Positions 54,711-64,000 of a DNA stretch of 64,000 nucleotides are shown one piece after another. The stretch is from contig JBBRLJ010000001.1 of NCBI GenBank assembly GCA_038231435.1, forward strand, positions 287,314 through 351,313, written 5' to 3'. Made by a program: the position numbers and the translations under genes. Every line of letters begins with the position of its first letter. Within the stretch, counting starts at the first letter, position 1. Source of the DNA: Planctomycetota bacterium. GTDB taxonomy: Bacteria; Planctomycetota; UBA11346. Under the pieces are notes generated by a model. It was given only the letters and a program-made list of their open reading frames with translations, made no database searches and was not told where the DNA came from.

Positions 54711-56642
54711 ATGACCTTCCTCGAGCCGCTGATGCGGCAGAACTTCCTCGAGTACGCTTCCTATGTTGTTGTGGATCGGGCGATACCGGAGGTGCGCGAC
54801 GGGTGCAAGCCGGTGCAGAGGCGCATCCTGCACACGCTGTGGAACATGGACGACGGCAAGTTCATGAAGGTCGCTAACGTCATCGGCGAATGCATGAAGC
54901 TGCACCCGCATGGCGACGCGTCGATCGGCGACGCGCTGGTGGTGCTGGCCAACAAGGGCACCCTGCCGGGCAACGACGCGCTCAGCTACTTCATCGAGCG
55001 CCAAGGGAATTTCGGCAACATCCTCACTGGCGATGGCGCTGCTGCCGCCCGGTACATCGAATGCCGGCTCACGCAGATGGCGAAGGACACCCTCTTCAAC
55101 CCGGCGCTGACGAAGTTCGTACCGAGCTACGACGGACGCAAGGAGGAGCCCGAGTCCCTGCCCGCGAAGCTGCCGGTGATCCTCATGCTCGGCACTGAAG
55201 GCATCGCCGTCGGCATGGCCACCACCATCCTGCCGCACAACCTCGGCGAGCTCCTCGCCGCCCAGATCAAGATCCTCAAGGACGAGCGCTTCAAGATCCT
55301 GCCCGACTTCCCCCAGGGCGGCATCATGGACGCGTCGGAATACGCCGACGGCAATGGGCGCATCAAGCTGCGCGCCAAGATCGAGCAGGATGGCGACAAG
55401 AAGATCGTCATCCGTGAAATCCCCTTCACCACCACCACTGAATCGGTGATGGCCTCGATCGAGGCGGCCGTAGAGAAGGGCAAGGTCAAGATCAGCGAGA
55501 TCAACGACCGCACCGGCGCCGAGGTCGAGATCGAGCTGCACCTGTCGCGCGGCATCTACGCCGCCGAGGTCATCCCGCAGCTCTACGCCTACACCGAATG
55601 CGAGGTCGCGGTCAACTCCAACATCGTGGTCATCCGCGACAAGAAGCCTGCCGAGCTCACGGTCAGCGAGATCCTCAAGTTCCTCACCCAGCAGCTGACC
55701 GAGCAGATCAAGGCCGAGCTCGAGCACGAGCTCAAGGGCCTGATCGACAAGCAGCACTACCTGACCCTCGACCAGATCTTCATCGAGAACCGCGTCTACA
55801 AGCGCATCGAGAACGCCACCACCGAGGAAGCGGTGAAGAAGGCCGTCTACACCGGCATGGCCCCCTTCAAGGACCAGTTCATCCGCGACATGAACGACGA
55901 CGATGTCGCGCGCCTGCTCGAGATCAGGATCAAGCGCATCTCGCAGTTCGACATCGACAAGAACCGCAAGGACATCGACGACATCGTCAAAGCGATCAAG
56001 CAGGTGCGCGCCAAGCTCAAGGACCTGATCGGCACTACCATCACCTGGCTGCACGGGGTTCTGGACAAGTACGGCAAATCCTGGCCCCGGCGCACCAAGG
56101 TGCGCGCGATGGAAGACATCGACAAGAAGGCGGTGGCCAACGCCAACATCCGCCTCGGCTACGACTCCTCGACCGGCTTCTTCGGGAGTTCCGTGCGCGG
56201 TGGCGATCGCGAGCTCAAGGTGAGCGAGTACGACAAGATCCTGATCATCACCGACGACGGCATGTACAAGATCATCGCGCCGCCCGACAAGACGGTGATC
56301 GAGGGCAAGATCCGCCATCTCGACGTCTTCGACCCCGAAAAGGGCTTCAGCTTCACCATGGTCTACCGCGACAAGGAGAAGATCCCCTGGGCGAAGATCA
56401 CCACGATCCAGAGCTTCATCAAGGATCGCGAATACGAGCTGATCAAGGACCGCGCTGGCAAGATCATGTACTTCTCGACCGACAAGGGCGGCGTCGCCAC
56501 CTGCGAGTACCTGCCCGCCAAGGGCCAGCGCATCCACGAGTCGGTGACCGACCTCTCGACGGTGGAGCCTTGCGGCGTGAACGCCCGCGGCTCGCGCATC
56601 GGCGACAAGCCCACGACCAAGGTAGTGGTGAAGCGAGGCTGA
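54711..56642 (+). CDS. parC: DNA topoisomerase IV subunit A
   Basis: DGCKPVQRRIL, HPHGD, AAARYIE (catalytic Tyr); short C-terminal domain. Confidence 0.9.
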   Translation: MTFLEPLMRQNFLEYASYVVVDRAIPEVRDGCKPVQRRILHTLWNMDDGKFMKVANVIGECMKLHPHGDASIGDALVVLANKGTLPGNDALSYFIERQGNFGNILTGDGAAAARYIECRLTQMAKDTLFNPALTKFVPSYDGRKEEPESLPAKLPVILMLGTEGIAVGMATTILPHNLGELLAAQIKILKDERFKILPDFPQGGIMDASEYADGNGRIKLRAKIEQDGDKKIVIREIPFTTTTESVMASIEAAVEKGKVKISEINDRTGAEVEIELHLSRGIYAAEVIPQLYAYTECEVAVNSNIVVIRDKKPAELTVSEILKFLTQQLTEQIKAELEHELKGLIDKQHYLTLDQIFIENRVYKRIENATTEEAVKKAVYTGMAPFKDQFIRDMNDDDVARLLEIRIKRISQFDIDKNRKDIDDIVKAIKQVRAKLKDLIGTTITWLHGVLDKYGKSWPRRTKVRAMEDIDKKAVANANIRLGYDSSTGFFGSSVRGGDRELKVSEYDKILIITDDGMYKIIAPPDKTVIEGKIRHLDVFDPEKGFSFTMVYRDKEKIPWAKITTIQSFIKDREYELIKDRAGKIMYFSTDKGGVATCEYLPAKGQRIHESVTDLSTVEPCGVNARGSRIGDKPTTKVVVKRG

Positions 56643-56652
56643 TCAGCGGACC

Positions 56653-57534
56653 TCAACCGTGTTCGTATCCGGTCCACTCCATCGGCACCACCCGCCCGCG
56701 CGAATCCTCCATGAACACCCCGGGCTCCTCGAGGAGCCAACCCACGCGCGCCAGCGGCCGCGGGAACGGCCAGGCGAGTTGCAGATTGGGCCAGTGCTCG
56801 GCCGCGATCGCCGCCAGCAGCTCGAAATCCTCGCCATCGCAGCACGCCGCGCGCGCGCCGTCGGACATCTGAGGCACGTCCGGATGCACCGGCACGTCGC
56901 CCGGCAGCAGCAGGCATCCGCCGCCGCTCGCGGCCGCCAGCTTGGGCGCATCGGTCGCGAGCCCATCGCTGAGATCCATCATGGCGTGCACGTAGGGCTG
57001 GTCCGCGAGCCACTGGCCTTCGGCGAAACGAGGCTCGGGACGCAGGTGGCGCCCGCTCGCGAGGCTCCCGCCGAGCGGCCCCGTGACCACCAGCAGGTCG
57101 CCCGGCTTGCCGCCGGAACGGGTGACGAAGCGGCCGCTGGCACGCTCGCCCCACACCGTCACCGACACCACCAGCAGATCGGAGCCGGTGGTGTCTCCGC
57201 CCAGGAGCGGACAGCCGTGTCGCTCGAGCTCGGTGATCGCGCCGGTCATCAGCGCCGAGGCGTCCCAACGCGCCGGGCATGACAAGGCGACGGCGGCGCC
57301 CATCGGACGCGCGCCCATCGCCGCGAGGTCGGACAGCGCCGCGGCCGCGGCCTTGCGCCCCACCAAGGCGGGAGCGTCCTGGGCTCGGAAATGGCGGTTC
57401 TCGACGATGGTGTCGACGCTCAGGCAGGTCGGTCCGCCAGGGGTCCAGACGCAGCAATCGTCGCCGATGCCGAGCACGCCCGGCGGATCGGCCACGCGCT
57501 CGCGCACCATGCGGATGAGATCATGCTCCTTCAT
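56653..57534 (-). CDS. thiL: Thiamine-monophosphate kinase
   Basis: GIGDDC, LSDLAAMGA.P, GGDT, MDLSDGL, GEDFELL. Confidence 0.94.
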   Translation of the reverse strand: MKEHDLIRMVRERVADPPGVLGIGDDCCVWTPGGPTCLSVDTIVENRHFRAQDAPALVGRKAAAAALSDLAAMGARPMGAAVALSCPARWDASALMTGAITELERHGCPLLGGDTTGSDLLVVSVTVWGERASGRFVTRSGGKPGDLLVVTGPLGGSLASGRHLRPEPRFAEGQWLADQPYVHAMMDLSDGLATDAPKLAAASGGGCLLLPGDVPVHPDVPQMSDGARAACCDGEDFELLAAIAAEHWPNLQLAWPFPRPLARVGWLLEEPGVFMEDSRGRVVPMEWTGYEHG

Positions 57535-57583
57535 GCGCGGCTTCCAGGCGGCGCGAGGCGCTGCGACTCTCGCCGCCTGGACC

Positions 57584-57856
57584 TCAGGTCGGGACCTTCG
57601 CCGGCGACGCGGTCTGCGAGGCCTCCGCGCGCGGGTCGAGCGACGCGCGCTGGGGCGGCAGTTCAGGCCCACGGATCTCGCGCTTGCGCGCGTTGATGGC
57701 GTCATGGATGTCGGCGATGCGCCGTTCGAGCTCGGCCACGCGCTGCGGATTCGACGGATACACCGGGTGGTGGAGCTCGTTGAGCGCCCACATCTGCGAA
57801 CGCAGATCCTCTTGCAGGGACTCGAGGCGGGAATCGTAGTCAGGAGGCGTGGTCAT
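57584..57856 (-). CDS. Small helical/coiled-coil hypothetical protein
   Basis: Two amphipathic helices; same strand as map and thiL. Confidence 0.6.
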   Translation of the reverse strand: MTTPPDYDSRLESLQEDLRSQMWALNELHHPVYPSNPQRVAELERRIADIHDAINARKREIRGPELPPQRASLDPRAEASQTASPAKVPT

Positions 57857-57904
57857 CAGCGTAGCTTCGATGGAGCCGGTGGGGGTCAAGGAGCGTCCGG
57901 GGGG

Positions 57905-58095
57905 AACGTCCGTGGTCGCGTCGTCCGTCGTCGATAGTCGGAATAGAGGAAAACACCGGCGTTGCCGTCTCTCCTTCCCGACGGCGGGCGATCGGAACGC
58001 CCGTCATGCGTCATCGACTGCCCGCAACATGCGGCAACCACGATCGTAGAGCTGTCCCCGGCTGTCCGACCACGGACGACGCGACGACGGACGTT
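57905..58095. repeat. MITE-like unit with 29-bp imperfect terminal inverted repeats
   Basis: 57905-57933 matches the reverse complement of 58067-58095 at 27 of 29 positions. Confidence 0.75.
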
Positions 58096-58098
58096 ACC

Positions 58099-59106
58099 TC
58101 AGTGCGCGAACGGCTGCGCCATGCCCGCGGGCAGCGTCAGGATCTCGACGCCCGCATCCGTGACGACGATGGTGTGCTCGAACTGTGCGCTGCGTTGGTG
58201 GTCGGCGGTGACGGCGGTCCAGTTGTCGTCCCAGGTGACGTGCTTCCACGTGCCCTGGTTGATCATCGGCTCGATGGTGAAGGTCATGCCAGGGCGCAGC
58301 TCGGTGCGCGCACCCGGATCGAAGTAGTGCGGCACCTGCGGATCCATGTGGAACTGCTCGCCGATGCCATGGCCCACGAACGCCTTCACCACGCTGTAAC
58401 CGTTGCGCTCGGCATGTTCCTGGATGGCTTTGCCGATGTCCCTGATCAGCGCGCCGGGGCGCACCACGCCGATGCCGCGCATCATGCACTCGTAAGTGGT
58501 CGCCACGAGCTTCTTCGAGGCCTCGTCCACCTCCCCGACCATCACCGTCTCGGACAGGTCGCCATGCATGCCGTCGATGAAGATGGTGACGTCGAGATTG
58601 ACGATGTCGCCATCCTCGAGCTTGCGCAGGTCGGGGATGCCGTGGCAGATGACCTCGTTCACCGAGGTGCACAGCGATTTCGGGTAGCCGTGGTAGTTCA
58701 GCGTGCTGGGATAGCCACCGAGATCGATGTACGCCTGATGCGTCACCGCGTCGATCTCATCGGTGGTGATTCCCGGCCGCACCGCGAGCTTGGCCTTTTC
58801 GAGTGCATGGCGGGCGGCCTTGCAGGCGAAGCGCAGGCGCTCGATCTGCTCGGGCGTCTTGATCAGGTCGCGGGCGCGCGGAGCCAGCGGCCGCCCGCTG
58901 AGCGCATAGTCGGGCCTGGGGATGTGTTCCGGCACCGTGCGCATCGGCGTCACCGTGTGCGGACGCACCGGCCTGAAACCGGGCTTGGGCGGCTCGACCT
59001 GATCGGCGCCCTGGAGCAGCCGCAAGAGGTCGCGCGCCTGGTGGCAGCGCTTGTACTTCTTGCCGCTGCCGCACCAGCATTCCTCGTTGGGGCCGAGCTT
59101 CGCCAT
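58099..59106 (-). CDS. map: Type I methionine aminopeptidase with N-terminal SEC-C zinc motif
   Basis: CWCGSGKKYKRCH, CTSVNEVICHGIP, GHGIG, IEPMIN, SAQFEHT. Confidence 0.96.
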   Translation of the reverse strand: MAKLGPNEECWCGSGKKYKRCHQARDLLRLLQGADQVEPPKPGFRPVRPHTVTPMRTVPEHIPRPDYALSGRPLAPRARDLIKTPEQIERLRFACKAARHALEKAKLAVRPGITTDEIDAVTHQAYIDLGGYPSTLNYHGYPKSLCTSVNEVICHGIPDLRKLEDGDIVNLDVTIFIDGMHGDLSETVMVGEVDEASKKLVATTYECMMRGIGVVRPGALIRDIGKAIQEHAERNGYSVVKAFVGHGIGEQFHMDPQVPHYFDPGARTELRPGMTFTIEPMINQGTWKHVTWDDNWTAVTADHQRSAQFEHTIVVTDAGVEILTLPAGMAQPFAH

Positions 59107-59325
59107 GGGGTGCGGCACGATATGGCGGCGGGACGGGACGGGAAGCGCGCAGGGAGAGTGGAAAATCGAAGAAGACGGAAGCCCGAAGTGGATGGATGGA
59201 AACCGTGGGCGACGTGCCAGTCTTCCCTCTTCCGTCTTCCATCTTCCACGCCTCGAGCTCGGGCCCCCTCCAGCCACGGGGTGATTGGTGTTTGAGGTCC
59301 CGCCGGGCTGCGCGACAACTCCACC

Positions 59326-59703
59326 ATGCGCACCACGGTCAATACCAGCGACGCTCCTGCTGCCATCGGCCCTTACAGCCAGGCCGTGCGCCATGGTGGG
59401 CTGCTGTGGTGCTCCGGCCAGCTGGGCCTGAACCCCAGCAAGGGCACCCTGGTCGCCGACACCACCAAGGAACAGGCTGAACAGGCGCTGAGGAATCTGG
59501 ACGCCATCTGCCGCGAGGCCGGCACCAGCCTCTCGAAGGCGCTACGCCTCACCATCTACCTCATCGACCTGTCCGAGTTCCAGACCGTGAACGCCGTCTA
59601 CGAGACTTTCTTCGAATCGCCATTCCCCGCTCGAGCCACGGTCCAGGTCTCCGCCCTCCCCCGGGGAGGCCGTGTCGAGATCGACGCGGTCGTGGCATTA
59701 TGA
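59326..59703 (+). CDS. ridA: RidA/YjgF-family reactive intermediate deaminase
   Basis: AIGPYSQAV, SGQ, PARATVQV..LP..VEID. Confidence 0.92.
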   Translation: MRTTVNTSDAPAAIGPYSQAVRHGGLLWCSGQLGLNPSKGTLVADTTKEQAEQALRNLDAICREAGTSLSKALRLTIYLIDLSEFQTVNAVYETFFESPFPARATVQVSALPRGGRVEIDAVVAL

Positions 59704-59728
59704 GGGAAGCAGGCAGGCCGGGCCGTTG

Positions 59729-61348
59729 ATGGCCTCGCAAGCGCCCGCGCCAGACCTTGGACGAGGCGGTGGCATCGGCCGCATGCTGCGCGGGTTGGTG
59801 GGAAGCCAAGCCTGCGTGATCGCGGCCGTCTACGCTCTAGCCCACGGCCTGATGCTCGTCGACGACGGTCTGTTCTGGGACGACTGGTGCATCATCGGGG
59901 TCGACCGCCACCAGCTCGGCGAACACCTGCGGCAGATGGGCGTTCCGCTGTTGAGCGAACTGCATCTGGCGATGACCGCGCTCCCCTGCACCGCGACGGC
60001 ATACCGGTTGGCGGCATTCGCCAGCTATCTGGTGGCAGCGCTCGCGCTCCTGGGGGTGCTTCGCACCATCCCCTCGATCGACGCGCGCACGCGTCTGGGG
60101 ATCTGCCTAGTGTTCGCGGTGCTACCGGTGAACGCCGCGCGTGAATCGGCTTGCTGTCTGCACTATGCGGTCTGCTATGCGCTGTGGTTCATCGGCGCCT
60201 GGCTCTTGGCGCGCAGTCTCGCCGGATCCCCTCGCTGGATGCGCGTGCTCTGCTGGGCATGCCTCGTCCTGTCGTGGTCCACCACTTCGCTGCTCGCCTT
60301 CCAGCCGCTGCTCCTGTTGTACGCGTGGCTGGCCCGACGCGCTCGCGATCCGTTGCGCCCGAGCCTCGTCCAGTCGGCGCAGATGAACCTCGACCTCATA
60401 CTCCTGCCCGTGGCCTACCTGGCCGTCCGTGCGATCTGCTTCCAGCCGTTCGGGGAGTTTTCCGGCTACAACCGCATCACCGTCCATGGCCTGACCGACC
60501 CGACGGTGCTCTCGGTGTTCCTCGATGCGATCACCTGCGACGGAGATTTCCTGGTGCGGCGCGTCGCCTGCGTCTGCGCTCTGGCGGTCGGACTGGTGGC
60601 GCTCGCCGCGCTCGCACGCCGGCGTCCGCTAACTCGGCCGTCGTCGTGGCGCTGCGATCTCACCTGGTGCGGCCTCGGCGCACTGGCTCTGCTCCTGGCC
60701 ATCTACCCCTACACGGTGGTGGGGAAGCCCCCTGGCCCCAGCGACTGGCACTCGCGATTCCAGCTGCTCTACCCGCTGGGGATCGCCTTCATGATCTGCC
60801 TGTCCCTCAAGCTGATCCTCGATGCCGCCCGAGCACCCGACGCGTGGCGCGTCTGGATGCATGCGATAGTGCTCACCCCCATGCTGGCGTTCTGTGTCGC
60901 CGACCACCTCGCCTTCCAACGCGATTGGCATAAGCAGCTAGCGATCGTCTCGTGCTTCGCGCGTAGCGAGGCGATGCGCGAACACACGACCTTCCAGTTC
61001 TCGGATCAGGCCAACGCCTTCAACGCCAATTGGCGCGAATACCGTTTCTACGAATACACAGGCATGATGAAGCGGGCGTTCGGGGACCAGAGCAGGTACG
61101 GCGATGCCGGTGGCACGCAAGAGGATCACCTGTCGCAGTTCACCTATCCGTCGGTCTTCAGCATCGCGGACTACCGCCCAGGCGCGATCGATTGCCAAGT
61201 GGCGATCCTGCCGGTCGGTAGTGTCCCTCCGTTGACGCGGACGCTGGCGATGGCGTGGTGGAAACTGGTCGATTCCGGTCGCTTCGCGCGCGAGGTAGAC
61301 GGCATGATTATGCTGACGTGCAAGCCCGTCAGGCCTGCGTCACCCTGA
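59729..61348 (+). CDS. Polytopic GT-C-like membrane protein (GtrII-like)
   Basis: FWDDW acidic motif after the first TM helix, many TM helices, soluble C-terminal domain; start uncertain. Confidence 0.6.
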   Translation: MASQAPAPDLGRGGGIGRMLRGLVGSQACVIAAVYALAHGLMLVDDGLFWDDWCIIGVDRHQLGEHLRQMGVPLLSELHLAMTALPCTATAYRLAAFASYLVAALALLGVLRTIPSIDARTRLGICLVFAVLPVNAARESACCLHYAVCYALWFIGAWLLARSLAGSPRWMRVLCWACLVLSWSTTSLLAFQPLLLLYAWLARRARDPLRPSLVQSAQMNLDLILLPVAYLAVRAICFQPFGEFSGYNRITVHGLTDPTVLSVFLDAITCDGDFLVRRVACVCALAVGLVALAALARRRPLTRPSSWRCDLTWCGLGALALLLAIYPYTVVGKPPGPSDWHSRFQLLYPLGIAFMICLSLKLILDAARAPDAWRVWMHAIVLTPMLAFCVADHLAFQRDWHKQLAIVSCFARSEAMREHTTFQFSDQANAFNANWREYRFYEYTGMMKRAFGDQSRYGDAGGTQEDHLSQFTYPSVFSIADYRPGAIDCQVAILPVGSVPPLTRTLAMAWWKLVDSGRFAREVDGMIMLTCKPVRPASP

Positions 61349-61360
61349 CACCAGCCTGGC

Positions 61361-61594
61361 TCAGTGGGCGGGCTGCGCGGCGAGGTTCGCCAGCACCGCG
61401 AACACCGCGCCGAGGGCGAACACCGCGATCATCCCGCGCAGCAGCAGGGCGCCGAAGAACGGGATATCCTCGGACTTCATGCGTCCCGAGCGCACGCGCA
61501 TCCGGTAGAAGACGAGCTGAACGCCGCCGAGCAGCGCGCCGAGACATGGCACCGCCAGGAAGCATACGACCGTGGCGATGATGACTTTCAGCAT
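61361..61594 (-). CDS. Small two-TM hypothetical protein
   Basis: Two hydrophobic helices; directly downstream of carB. Confidence 0.6.
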   Translation of the reverse strand: MLKVIIATVVCFLAVPCLGALLGGVQLVFYRMRVRSGRMKSEDIPFFGALLLRGMIAVFALGAVFAVLANLAAQPAH

Positions 61595-61620
61595 GCTGGA
61601 GTGCGCGGTTCGCGGAATGC

Positions 61621-64000
<2,380 letters not shown>

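Noticed and set aside
52805..56642. gyrB/gyrA assignment
   Set aside because: Short subunits and no evident GyrA-box favour topoisomerase IV.
58099..59106. SEC-C fusion on Map as a novelty
   Set aside because: SEC-C/zinc-finger N-terminal extensions on methionine aminopeptidases are already known.

Overview
High-GC bacterial chromosomal window. The lineage is probably PVC/Planctomycetota-like; this is an inference from the long IspG, plant-type ThrC, short ParE/ParC, STN-like secreted proteins and ebo genes. Housekeeping genes include speE (3' end), serA, thrC, ispG, purM, asd, aspS, parE/parC, thiL, map, ridA and carB (3' part). A ~15 kb surface-polysaccharide cluster (20.0-34.8 kb) carries a ubiA-type prenyltransferase, glf, GT2/GT4 glycosyltransferases, methyltransferases, an ABC flippase, a capsule protein and a MarR regulator with a palindromic operator. 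No rRNA, tRNA, CRISPR array or transposase was seen. Main observations: (1) several families of dispersed, modular, co-varying intergenic elements built from C-GNA-G triloop hairpins, which suggests folding as ssDNA; (2) a PGI homologue whose catalytic Glu is replaced by Val, followed closely by a membrane-anchored disordered protein ending in a QxxLF clamp-binding-like motif; (3) a thrC-coupled operon encoding a secretin-N lipoprotein, a TonB-C-like protein and a site-2 protease homologue lacking HExxH; (4) a DsbD with permuted domain order; (5) heptamer repeats, one inside ispG. Start codons were chosen by eye, and family calls come from recalled motifs rather than database searches.
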